Position numbers and translations under genes: made by a program. From positions 9,016-73,015 of the IMG/VR virus record IMGVR_UViG_3300044714_000074: a stretch of 64,000 nucleotides of DNA; one strand, 5' to 3'. Source of the DNA: a virus. Below are positions 27,980 through 37,387 of this stretch, one piece after another; positions within the stretch are counted from its first letter, which is position 1; every line of letters starts with the position of its first letter. Below the pieces are notes generated by a model, which was not told where the DNA came from, made no database searches, and saw only the letters and a program-made list of their open reading frames with translations.

Positions 27980-28644
27980 CGCTTCGGTCCCACGCAGAGT
28001 GCGAGTCGGTAGTGGGCCATGGGCGAGAAGCCGGTATGAACAACCTCGTCCGACATCGAAAAAATAAATACGTTCTGGAAGAACCTTTGAAACGTATCTT
28101 GGAAGGCAGCGCCAGTCTTACAGTTGACGTGGCCGGCCCGACTTTGCGCCGAGGCGTGTGTTTGCGATTCGAGCGACGGGCACCCCGCAATAAAAACGCC
28201 ATCGTCCCGGAGAGACCGCGTGATACTCGAAAGCGCCGCTATCTCCAGCGATGGCGCTATATGCTCGAGAACGTCAAGAGCATAGATTGCCCGATAAAGG
28301 CGATTGGCGATCGGGCCATTGAGCGCAATATCGTGGACGATAAAGTTTAATGGCTCAGCCGCTTCGTCGGCATATTTTTTCCATGTCTCGTCAAAATCGA
28401 CGAGGTCGAGATGATCGCCGACTTCGGCCGCTACGATTCTTGAACCAAAACCATCCCCGCAGCCGATTTCCGCGACCGGCGACATACCACCGATCATCTT
28501 CGCCACGAACTTGTAGCGCGCCAGCGTGAAGACAAGTCGCTTCGGATCGCGCCGGTAGGCCTCGCTCGCCATCGGCCCTAGCGTGACCGGCTCGGCACCG
28601 AAGCAGGCGGCGTATTGCGGCTCTTTGGTCTTCACGGCTTCCAT
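27976..28644 (-). CDS. class I SAM-dependent methyltransferase
   Basis: EIGCGDGFG motif I; ALDVLEHI; DPKRLVFTLARYKF. Confidence 0.85.
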   Translation of the reverse strand: MEAVKTKEPQYAACFGAEPVTLGPMASEAYRRDPKRLVFTLARYKFVAKMIGGMSPVAEIGCGDGFGSRIVAAEVGDHLDLVDFDETWKKYADEAAEPLNFIVHDIALNGPIANRLYRAIYALDVLEHIAPSLEIAALSSITRSLRDDGVFIAGCPSLESQTHASAQSRAGHVNCKTGAAFQDTFQRFFQNVFIFSMSDEVVHTGFSPMAHYRLALCVGPKR

Positions 28645-29225
28645 CGGTGCACTCCCTGTTTGCGTCCGATTCCAACATCGACCATCAGCGCGGCCAAGCT
28701 GTCAACCGTTTCACCAGTCACGCGCGTCGGCCGAATGATTGCCCCGTCGATCGCCTGGACGTAGGACTCGACCTGCGCTTTCTGGCGGGCGTAGGCGGTC
28801 CCGCCGCACCATTCGACGGCGTCGCTGCTGACGTAGACGATGAACGGCGAGGATTCAGAAAACTCCCGTTCCTTCTTGATCCACTCTAGCATCGTCACTT
28901 GGTAGCGCCGCGCGATAGCGATTTGCGCGTCGACGTTGACGACCCACGATTCGGCGGTCCCCTCGCAACTCGCAAAGCCCGGCTTCGCGGCAACGAGATA
29001 AACGACCTCTGCCGGCGGCAGCACGTTGGGATCGTCCGCGCTGAGATCGAAGAACAGCTTGCCGTCCGGCATCATCCAGCCGGCGTGCGGTCTGATTCGC
29101 GGGACCAGCGGGCCGGGCGGCTCCCGGCGCGTCGTCGCCAGAAAGTCGATCCCGCGCTTCTCCAGCTCCGCGCAAAGCGCGGTGCCGATCAGCCCATTGC
29201 CGCCGATCACGAGATGGCCGCTCAC
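28632..29225 (-). CDS. NAD(P)-dependent NDP-sugar reductase/epimerase (RmlD-like SDR)
   Basis: VIGGNGLIG Rossmann motif, VSSDAV, YARQK (YxxxK). Confidence 0.8.
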   Translation of the reverse strand: MSGHLVIGGNGLIGTALCAELEKRGIDFLATTRREPPGPLVPRIRPHAGWMMPDGKLFFDLSADDPNVLPPAEVVYLVAAKPGFASCEGTAESWVVNVDAQIAIARRYQVTMLEWIKKEREFSESSPFIVYVSSDAVEWCGGTAYARQKAQVESYVQAIDGAIIRPTRVTGETVDSLAALMVDVGIGRKQGVHRWKP

Positions 29226-29917
29226 AGCCGGCGCTCCAGGTTGTGCTTCAGCGCGACCTCGTAGCCGGGTGCCGTCTCGCGGGCTCCGGCGTCGCGGCGA
29301 AATAGCGCGACGACCGCGCGGGCACGCAGCACCGTCGTCGGCATCTCCGCGAACGGCGCGTCGTCGAGGTACGCTGTCGCGACCGTCATGCGGGTTTCGA
29401 TCCGAAGCCGAACCGTCGCGCCGCGGCGAACCTCGCAGGTCCCTCCGCCGCCGAAGGACAGTCGACCATCCTCGACCAGGAAGCCGAACCCAGTTGGCAT
29501 CAGCGCTGGCATGGCGCCATCATCGAAACCGAAGAATAGCGAAATGTCTTTCGTGCGGTCGAAGCGGAGCCGCGTCATCGCGACGTTCGCGCCGAGCGCC
29601 GTCCGCCAGGAGAAGGCCTGCAGCACCGCGACGCCGTCCATCTCCATCGTCTTGCGGACCATCTCGGAATCATTGAAGCGCTCGATCGCCGCTGATCGTT
29701 CCGGATCGGTGTCCGGCGTGCCGAGGAACCAGTCGAATATCTTGACGAAGGAGCCCGGCAGTTCCGGCGGCGTCACCAGATGCCAGTCCGCCGGCGTCAG
29801 ACCACGCGCCTGATAGAACACGGTCGTCACCGGATCCAAGAACATTTGCCCCAGATGCGCCGGCTGAACGATGCCACGCGGATCATAGACCGTGACGTCA
29901 CGAATCATCTCGTTCAT
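29222..29917 (-). CDS. hypothetical protein
   Basis: Coupled ORF between the neck gene and the sugar cassette. Confidence 0.65.
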   Translation of the reverse strand: MNEMIRDVTVYDPRGIVQPAHLGQMFLDPVTTVFYQARGLTPADWHLVTPPELPGSFVKIFDWFLGTPDTDPERSAAIERFNDSEMVRKTMEMDGVAVLQAFSWRTALGANVAMTRLRFDRTKDISLFFGFDDGAMPALMPTGFGFLVEDGRLSFGGGGTCEVRRGATVRLRIETRMTVATAYLDDAPFAEMPTTVLRARAVVALFRRDAGARETAPGYEVALKHNLERRL

Positions 29918-30951
29918 GCCGCAAGTCCACCGACGTAGAAGGTCGGGACCGCCGACGTGATGATCTGGCGGGCGATGTCGCGCACCCGGTTCTGGTGATA
30001 CGAGATTTCAACCTCGAAGGTCTTCTTCATCGCGATCGTCGCTATCTCGCTTTGCGTCCGCTTCTCGTCGCGCGGCACCGGCGAACTCATCAGCCCGAAC
30101 AGGTTGGTGTCGAGACTGTACTGATTGAGGCAGTCGAGGAAGTCGAGCGCGTTATAGTTCCGCGTGCCCCACAGCGTGATTCTCACCCGCTCCGCGCAAA
30201 GTTGAGAATGCGACGAGGTCTTACCGCCGATGTGCGGCGCCATCGCCAAGGCCCGCGTGCTCTCCGGGAAGATGTGCACGGTGCCGAACGGCGGCGTGAA
30301 ATTCTCCGGAGCGAGGAACGACGGGAAGAGCGTCAGGCTCGGATTGCCGAAGCCGTAGGGCGGATCGTAGCCGTTCATCCCGAGCCATGCTGGCAAACTG
30401 TCGGAGACGACGACGTTGCGCGAGTCAAAGCCGGATAGATTGTCGACGATCTGTGTCTCCATGTCGGGATAGACGGCGAATCCGACGTAATGCCAGAGGT
30501 CGGCCTGCCGGTAGAACGACGAGCGGCTCGAGAAGGCGAACTTGAGCCCGTGGTGCTCCGCGATCCAGAGCTCGTCGGGAGCGACATCGTTGAGATCGTT
30601 GATCTCCTGAAGCGACGTGAAGACCATCCGGTTCGCGGCGTAGGTCTCCGCCTCCTCCTGGCGGGTGTCGGTCGCGTAGTGCAGCGATCCCTGCGCGATG
30701 AAAAACGGGGCCGCGATCTTGATGTTCGGCGACTGATTGAAGCCGGCGCGGTTGAAGCCGGCGGCGTTGTAGATCGCCGAGTTGCCAAGCGTCTCGGCGC
30801 GGACGAAAAACACGTAGCCATCAAGTGGAAGAACCAGACGCCTGTACAAAGTGAATAAAATTTCTTGATTCAGCGAGATCGCGTTGACGCCCTCGGCGAG
30901 ATCGGAGCCGAGCGGCGTATCAGCGGTGAGGGCTTCCTCGGCGTTCGCCAC
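29914..30951 (-). CDS. neck / head-closure-tail-completion protein
   Basis: RLVLPLDGYVF, GSLHY, YRQADLWHYVG, RDEKRTQSE; synteny. Confidence 0.65.
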   Translation of the reverse strand: MANAEEALTADTPLGSDLAEGVNAISLNQEILFTLYRRLVLPLDGYVFFVRAETLGNSAIYNAAGFNRAGFNQSPNIKIAAPFFIAQGSLHYATDTRQEEAETYAANRMVFTSLQEINDLNDVAPDELWIAEHHGLKFAFSSRSSFYRQADLWHYVGFAVYPDMETQIVDNLSGFDSRNVVVSDSLPAWLGMNGYDPPYGFGNPSLTLFPSFLAPENFTPPFGTVHIFPESTRALAMAPHIGGKTSSHSQLCAERVRITLWGTRNYNALDFLDCLNQYSLDTNLFGLMSSPVPRDEKRTQSEIATIAMKKTFEVEISYHQNRVRDIARQIITSAVPTFYVGGLAA

Positions 30952-30954
30952 GGC

Positions 30955-31308
30955 TCAGCCCTTCTTCCGGCTGCCGGCCTTCGCCTCCGCGTATTCCCAC
31001 CCGGCGCGCTGAAGATGGCTCGCCGGCCACGCCAGCCGGTTGCCCTTTGCCGGCCGCGTCGAAATCCAGGACTGATCGGCTTGGTTCCACCTGAAGGCGA
31101 TAGGATCAGCACCCGTCGGCGGCTTCAGCATGTGGACCGAGCCGTCTGCGGTGCCGGTCGGCGGCAAGCAGTTCTTCTTCCCGTTCGCTTCGGGCGGCAG
31201 ATCTGGCGGTCCGGAATGGACGAGGTAGCCGATGCCGGGGACGAACTGGTGGTGCGTCGGTCTCTTCATCGCCTCGACGCGCGAGGCGAGTGGCGGCGTG
31301 AAGACCAT
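30955..31308 (-). CDS. hypothetical protein
   Basis: GGGAG RBS; coherent ORF within the operon. Confidence 0.6.
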   Translation of the reverse strand: MVFTPPLASRVEAMKRPTHHQFVPGIGYLVHSGPPDLPPEANGKKNCLPPTGTADGSVHMLKPPTGADPIAFRWNQADQSWISTRPAKGNRLAWPASHLQRAGWEYAEAKAGSRKKG

Positions 31309-31323
31309 TGCGGCGACTCCCTG

Positions 31324-31785
31324 TCAATCTATCCAAGCGTGAAACGATGCCTGATACAAGCCCGTATCGATGAAGCTAGGCCGTCTCGGACCTTTTCTCA
31401 ACTTGAGCCTGTGGTTGACGCCTTTTAGCGCCGCCTGGGTCGGCACGCCGGGATAGCCAAGTGCTTCCATCTCCTTGTTCGATAGAAACATCTTGAAGCG
31501 GTCCTCGATCTCCGAAGTCGCGGTGCCAAAAGGATCGTTCGACGGCGGCGCGCCGAGCAGGACGTTCTCCAGTGCGCCTTCCAGGGAGTTCTCCAAGTAG
31601 CCGGCGATGTCGGCCTGCCGCTCCTGAAAGAAGATTTCCATGATGTGGTAGCGGTTCTCAAGAAATTCAGCCACGTCGCCAGTCGTCACTGTGCTGGCCG
31701 AAGTCTTGCGGCGACGACGCCCCTTCCGCGGTGGCGGCTGGGCTTGGTTGTAAGGCAAATCTGCGACACCTAAATGGAGGATCAC
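31324..31785 (-). CDS. neck / tail-completion protein
   Basis: LHLGV, TTGDVAEFLE, GVPTQAA, RPSFIDTGLYQ motifs; GTGA overlap. Confidence 0.7.
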   Translation of the reverse strand: MILHLGVADLPYNQAQPPPRKGRRRRKTSASTVTTGDVAEFLENRYHIMEIFFQERQADIAGYLENSLEGALENVLLGAPPSNDPFGTATSEIEDRFKMFLSNKEMEALGYPGVPTQAALKGVNHRLKLRKGPRRPSFIDTGLYQASFHAWID

Positions 31786-32579
31786 TGCACTGTCTCTGCA
31801 TATCGCCAATGATATTTATAGGCGGAACGCCAATGGCCGCGTTTTCGACATACCGCAACAATAGCAGATGGTGAGGCTTTGGACTCGCCCTTCGATTTAA
31901 GCCAATCGACTGCAGCACGAACGGTCAAAAATAATTCTCCTGTCTCTTCGCAAATCACCTTTCTAGCCATTGGATGATTCCCACCATGATAAGTGGGCGG
32001 ACGATTTCCATTCTCAAGAGAGATACGACGTTTCTTTTCTCTATATTCCTTTTTTGAGGCTGTCATGATTATTGACGCATTGCGACGCGCAATCATCTCT
32101 AGGTTTTTATTTAGTCTGCGAGCGACCTCTTGTTTTTTAGGAAGCACTCGTTGAGCGCTTTCAACCATTGCAGCTGTATGTTTTGCTTTATATTCCGGGT
32201 CTTTATATCTCAACAACATAGTTTCGCTTCGCCGCTGCTTTACTTCCGGTAATTTATTTGTCGCCCTAAGTGTTGCGGCGCGTTTTTGAATAAGTTCTGG
32301 CACTAATCGAATGCCATCTCCACCATTCGTCAAATTTACTAGCCTCGCCCCGAGAGCCCTGAACTGAGCGATCAGCTTCATTTCATGATCAAAAGCGTTT
32401 TTCTCTTTGGCCCAATACTCAACAATTTCGACGATGAAACCTTTTTCCGCTGCGCGTTCACTCCACAATTTGCTTCGCCGGTTGGTATCCCAAGCTCTTT
32501 TGCGCGTTCCCTTCCCTACATAGAAAACGCCAGCGATTCTGCTGACACCAGATTGCCTATGAATGTAAGTGTAAAACAT
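31782..32579 (-). mobile_element. free-standing GIY-YIG-like homing endonuclease with NUMOD-type DNA-binding tail
   Basis: FYTYIH...FYVGKG...RAW...E..LI...LVNLTNGGDG; KVICEETGE...SAYKYHWRY; AT-rich. Confidence 0.8.
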
Positions 32580-32662
32580 CGGGCCATTATAGCTCGATTC
32601 CCTCAAAAACACCTAAGTGAAGCGTCAGCATCGTCACGCCGCCTTGTTGAGCCACGCCGGGG

Positions 32663-35600
32663 TCATCGGTAGGTCGCCAAGATTCCGCTCGGGGTGACGT
32701 TCATAATCTGGCTGGAAAACGGAATGTCGAATATGGCACTCGCACACTTCGTGACAAGGGCCGGTGCGATGGTCGGTACGATGAGATCGTTGGCGCCAGC
32801 TAGAATCGTAGGCGTCGCGTTGTATGTGGCGCAATAGACCAAGGCGCTTCCCTTAACATAAGGGACGGTGCTCACGCCGATTTTCTGGACGGCGTTGCTC
32901 GCCAATCCGGTGAATAAGTAGACGTAAGCACCGCGCGAGATGCCGGCACCGCTTCCCCAATTGATAGTGACCGTGACAGTTCCCGAATTGGCCGGGATCA
33001 CGGCGCTGAAGATGAACTCGTTGGTACTGTTGCTTACGTCCGGGACGCTGATCGTGATGTTGCCAGCCCAGCCGGGGCCGGTTCCGCCGCTAAGCACGAC
33101 GGTGCTGATCCCCGGCGAGTTCTGTGCCCCGCAGGCAAAGACGGCTAACCCTGCGGCATTGTTTCCGAACGCGGCGGTGAAGGTCTGCGCGGCTGGCGTC
33201 CCGTTGTAGAAATTTGATGCGATAAACGAATAGGTACCAGTCGCCGCTAGGGTGGGATCAACATATGGACCGAGCACGTTCTGTTCGATGATGCCCTGCC
33301 ATTTGGCAGTGCTCTCATCACCGGGAAAATACCGCAGGCCGATCCATGCCAACGAACCGAGTTCAACAAATTGCGCTGGGTACGGCGCGTTGCCGCCGAT
33401 CTGGCCGCCGACTCCCCCGCCGCAGGCTTCATAAAGCGCCGCATAGCATGCCTCTACGGTATAGGAACCAGATTGTCCGGTGTCCCAGGCCCAGTTCATC
33501 ATATAGCTGAGAAATTGGCTGTTGCCTCCAAGCCCAGAACCGAGAGAGCCCCACAAATTGCTGTCGAGGGCGCCCCCAAGACTTGAGCCGCCCTCATAGA
33601 AGCCGAGTCGAATAGGCCCGGTGCCATAGATCACCCCGAAGGTGTCGGAGATCAAAGCCTGCTGCTGGATGAACGACGGCACGCTGTTGGCGAACGTTGG
33701 CGAGAGGCCGCTGCCAGACGCCGTAGTGGCGTAGCCGTTATCGGCGGCGCCAATCATGATAGACTCGGAGATTTGCTCCGCGAAATACGTATAGATCGTA
33801 GGGTATTGGCTTGGGCTTGACGTGTGATTCGCGGCGCCGTTGTCCATCAGATCAAACAGCAGACCGTTGGCCGCATAGCCGGAATACTGGCCCGTGTTCG
33901 AATAGGTCAGACCTGTCGTGTTGATCGCGCCGCTTCCGCTGTTGCCGCCGTAGTTGGTGAACGAGAAGCTTGATGTCGTCGCCGCCGAGAGGACCACGTC
34001 CTGATTGTTGAGCAGCGAGCCGATTGTCCCCGCGCCGGTGTTGCTAAAGAAAAGCCGGACGATTTGTGCGGCGGTCAAGCCGGCGGCTGTTGCGGTCGTC
34101 GCTTGGCTTGTCTGATAGACGCCGGCGCCGCCGGCTGTGCCGGAAATCTGGCCGACGATGAAGGTGCCAGCAGGCACGCCGCTGCCGGTCAATAGAGCGC
34201 CCGGCGCGATGGTGCCGGTAACGCTGGTGATGGCAAGCTGGTTGCCGCTTGCCGTGCCGGTGAAAGTCGCTAAGCTGAACGGATTGCCGCCAGTACCGCA
34301 CTGGCAGGTTGTCGTGGTCCCAACGCTTACGCTGGAAAATGAGCCGTTGTTGGCGCCGATCCCGGTGCTGCTCTCTCCATTGGCGAAATAAACCGCCATG
34401 TCCATTTCGTCGAACAAATTGCTTAAATTTAACCCGGCCGGAACGCCGCTGACACCGGGATTGTTGATAGCATACAGGGCGCCGGCAAACCCGGTCGTCG
34501 ATACCGCTATGTTGGTTGCTTGAGTGCCAAGAGCACCGCGCCAACGCGACCGCTGCGTCGGTCCATAGACCGCGTTGACGATAGCCCAAAGCTGCGCAGT
34601 TCGGTAGCCGGCAAAGGCATAGGCTTGGCCCGAGGTCCCGGTGCCGGGATAAATCTGCGCCTCGCAGTAGTAAAAATTACCCTGCGCGAAGTTCCAATTT
34701 TCGTTGCCATATTCGAACTTGACCCAAAGATTGGAGTTTAAGTTCGATTGAAAAAATTGCGCGATAGCCTGCATCCCGGCATTCGTCATCGCGTTCGGGA
34801 TGTTGTAGTGGACGTTGCAGCCGGTCAGGTTGGCGAGCTGACAGATGATGCTCGGATGCACACCGCTTTTTGGTCCATAGGGGCCGTTATACGAGCCGAC
34901 GATGGCCAACGAAGTCATCGCCTCAGACGCGACGGTCTGAGAAATGTTGACCTGGTAGGTTCCGTTCGACCCAGTCGAGCCCGTGAGCTGCTGGACGACT
35001 ACGGTTCCGGCCGCGAGCGCTCCGGTCGTATCGGATAACGCGACGTTCGGCCCGACGTTGCCCACATCGGCCGCAACGAGCCCGCTCACTGTCAACGTCG
35101 TACCGGAGATTGCACCCGTGAAGTAGGCTTGTCCTCGACCGTATTGAGCAATTGAGTTGTAGTTTGCGTCGGCAAACTGCGAGATGTCACTGATCCCGCC
35201 GCCATCAATGATGTCGTTCCAATCCATGAAACGCAGGACGCCGAACGGTTGAACGTCGGCAACCCAGTCAGGATTAAAGTATTGCCCGGCCGCGACGTTG
35301 GCCGCATACTTGGACTGGAAGATTTTTATGTTATGCGGCGGGTCGCTTTTGTTGGTAACCGCGAACTGGACGCCGAGATTGTTCACCCCGGTCGTACCTA
35401 GCGTTATTGTGCCGCTGTTGGCGCCGAACGACGACGAGCCGCCGCTGCCGGGGTTCCCGGTCAATGTCGCCGTCGCGGTGCCGCTCCATTCGACGGTGAA
35501 CGTCGCGCCATACCACCACGGATTGCCGCTTAACGAAATGTATTGATAGAACGGTGTCGGCGTGAAAAAGATGCGACTTATAGAGGTCACATCGGACGGG

Positions 35601-35914
35601 CACGGGTTGTTCAATTCCCCGGTGCTCGGGTTGAAGTAGGCGGTCCCGCCGCCGGGCGATGCGGTGCCCACCGCGTTCCACGCCGCTTGACTATTTACCG
35701 TCCCGTTGAGTGTGCTGACGACGGTAGTCGTAGAGGCCGTCAGCCACCAGTTTAGAAATGGCACCTCGCCGGTATAGTAGGAAACGCCGCCGACATTCAT
35801 CAGCATGCCGCCGCTGGTCTGTGGCGGGATTCCGTGAACAGGCCATGCTGCGGCTGGCGACGTTGCGACCAGCGTCGCGGCCAGCGTGGCGGCCAGGAAC
35901 TTGCGGCGCGACAT
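32663..35914 (-). CDS. large Tat-signal glycoside hydrolase (clan GH-A-like) / depolymerase
   Basis: MSRRKFL...SPAAA|W twin-arginine signal; LRFMDW, HYNIP, EYGNENWN (acid/base), FYEGG (nucleophile). Confidence 0.7.
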   Translation of the reverse strand: MSRRKFLAATLAATLVATSPAAAWPVHGIPPQTSGGMLMNVGGVSYYTGEVPFLNWWLTASTTTVVSTLNGTVNSQAAWNAVGTASPGGGTAYFNPSTGELNNPCPSDVTSISRIFFTPTPFYQYISLSGNPWWYGATFTVEWSGTATATLTGNPGSGGSSSFGANSGTITLGTTGVNNLGVQFAVTNKSDPPHNIKIFQSKYAANVAAGQYFNPDWVADVQPFGVLRFMDWNDIIDGGGISDISQFADANYNSIAQYGRGQAYFTGAISGTTLTVSGLVAADVGNVGPNVALSDTTGALAAGTVVVQQLTGSTGSNGTYQVNISQTVASEAMTSLAIVGSYNGPYGPKSGVHPSIICQLANLTGCNVHYNIPNAMTNAGMQAIAQFFQSNLNSNLWVKFEYGNENWNFAQGNFYYCEAQIYPGTGTSGQAYAFAGYRTAQLWAIVNAVYGPTQRSRWRGALGTQATNIAVSTTGFAGALYAINNPGVSGVPAGLNLSNLFDEMDMAVYFANGESSTGIGANNGSFSSVSVGTTTTCQCGTGGNPFSLATFTGTASGNQLAITSVTGTIAPGALLTGSGVPAGTFIVGQISGTAGGAGVYQTSQATTATAAGLTAAQIVRLFFSNTGAGTIGSLLNNQDVVLSAATTSSFSFTNYGGNSGSGAINTTGLTYSNTGQYSGYAANGLLFDLMDNGAANHTSSPSQYPTIYTYFAEQISESIMIGAADNGYATTASGSGLSPTFANSVPSFIQQQALISDTFGVIYGTGPIRLGFYEGGSSLGGALDSNLWGSLGSGLGGNSQFLSYMMNWAWDTGQSGSYTVEACYAALYEACGGGVGGQIGGNAPYPAQFVELGSLAWIGLRYFPGDESTAKWQGIIEQNVLGPYVDPTLAATGTYSFIASNFYNGTPAAQTFTAAFGNNAAGLAVFACGAQNSPGISTVVLSGGTGPGWAGNITISVPDVSNSTNEFIFSAVIPANSGTVTVTINWGSGAGISRGAYVYLFTGLASNAVQKIGVSTVPYVKGSALVYCATYNATPTILAGANDLIVPTIAPALVTKCASAIFDIPFSSQIMNVTPSGILATYR

Positions 35915-35999
35915 TCCGCGCCGCTCCCGGCGCGACGTGCTTACCGCGAGGAAGGTTGATACGTAGAGCGAGGCGATAAATTTTTTGATTTCGAACACA

Positions 36000-37217
36000 T
36001 CAGCCGCCGATGATGTGGCCGCCGCCACCGACGACTGGTGGATTGATTGTAAAGCCGCTGTTGCCCCCGTTATCTGACGAGTTAGTCGTCGTCAGCGTAC
36101 CGGTCCCGGTTATCTTGAAGCCTATAAAGTTGCACCATGTGCAGGACGAATTGGAACCGATTGAAAGGGTTGCCACCCCGGTGCTATTCGCGATCATGCC
36201 CAACTGCGCGCCGCTGGTGCCCGTACCCGTGATTGCTCCCGTGACCGTCGTAGTGGCGTTGTTTGGAAACTCAATGAGGTTCGCCCCGGTCAATGTCATG
36301 GACGCGAAGGTCGCGCCGCCACCGACGAAACTGACGCTATTGTTGGCTGTCGAGATCGGACTAGCGTTTCCAGTTATTGTTATCGCGCCGAATATTGATC
36401 CGGCTGTTGTGAAAGTGCGACCGCTCGTCGGCGTAGCCCCAGGAGTAACGATGAGCGACGCCGACGAGCAGCTTATTGTCCCGCTGACATTCCAGATCGT
36501 GCTGCCATTGGTATCGAGCGTCCATGTACCGGAACCGCAATTTATACTGCCAGCACCAGCCACCGAGCCGATGGTCACATTGGAGTTATTCGTTGTCGCA
36601 TCAACCGTTCCCGCCGTGAGCGTCAGCACATAGCTTAAGGTCGAAGTCGAATTAATACCGTCCTCTAGCTCAAAGAAGCCGCCCGACCCATTGAATGTGA
36701 CGTTCTCAAGCGTGTTGTGAGACGGGTTGGTCCAGATTGTTGTCGGACTGACGGACGTGCCGGTCGTTGACGTAAATGCGATAGTGCGATTGGACCCTTC
36801 TGACAAAGTCAGACTGGCGTTCAAATAGAAATAATTTCCCGCCGTCGTTATGACGGTGCCGGTCGCCGTAATGGATAGCGTCCCAGCAAAGGCACCCTCG
36901 CCGTCACCAGACAGGTTCGTGTCGAGACTGTTGATCGTGATTGCGGCGGCAACGGTGGATGTGCCGGCGGTGAAGCCATCGAGCACGATGTCGTCGTAGG
37001 GTGAGCTCGTTGCTGGAGTACAGGCGCACGATAAGCCGCCCGGCGTGGCCGACCACGCTGTAATCGTCCCCCAGTTCGTTCCCCCGATCCAGTAACAGGT
37101 ATGGGCGCCCCCATGAACCGCCGTGCCGGTGCAGTTCGCCTCGGCCGGCGTCGGCACCAGCGCCGCACCAATCCAGACGCAGAGCGCGACGAGCGCGAGG
37201 CGGAGGAAGGTTTTCAT
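36000..37217 (-). CDS. Thr/Gly-rich beta-helix adhesin-like protein with a Sec signal peptide
   Basis: MKTFLRLALVALCVWIGAALVPTPAEA|N; YWIGGTNW...WSATPGG...P...DD motif. Confidence 0.7.
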   Translation of the reverse strand: MKTFLRLALVALCVWIGAALVPTPAEANCTGTAVHGGAHTCYWIGGTNWGTITAWSATPGGLSCACTPATSSPYDDIVLDGFTAGTSTVAAAITINSLDTNLSGDGEGAFAGTLSITATGTVITTAGNYFYLNASLTLSEGSNRTIAFTSTTGTSVSPTTIWTNPSHNTLENVTFNGSGGFFELEDGINSTSTLSYVLTLTAGTVDATTNNSNVTIGSVAGAGSINCGSGTWTLDTNGSTIWNVSGTISCSSASLIVTPGATPTSGRTFTTAGSIFGAITITGNASPISTANNSVSFVGGGATFASMTLTGANLIEFPNNATTTVTGAITGTGTSGAQLGMIANSTGVATLSIGSNSSCTWCNFIGFKITGTGTLTTTNSSDNGGNSGFTINPPVVGGGGHIIGG

Positions 37218-37384
37218 TTTGTCACCGTACAGGTCAGCCCGATCCGCCAGCCTTCCAGGCAAAGCTGCTCCGGCGTCATAGGCTGCGAGAAGATCAGCAT
37301 CTTTGCGGGTGGCTGATAGTTATGTACGACGCTCAGAAGCATCACGCACCAAAATGCGACAATGGTGGCCAACACAAACTTCAT
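37214..37384 (-). CDS. small membrane-anchored protein (56 aa)
   Basis: Manual translation MKFVLATIVAFWCVMLLSVVH...; ATGA overlap with the downstream gene. Confidence 0.55.
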   Translation of the reverse strand: MKFVLATIVAFWCVMLLSVVHNYQPPAKMLIFSQPMTPEQLCLEGWRIGLTCTVTK

Positions 37385-37387
37385 GGC

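Noticed and set aside
31782-32579. Group I intron around the GIY-YIG gene
   Set aside because: Flanking genes are complete and the ORF is coupled to the next gene, so it is free-standing
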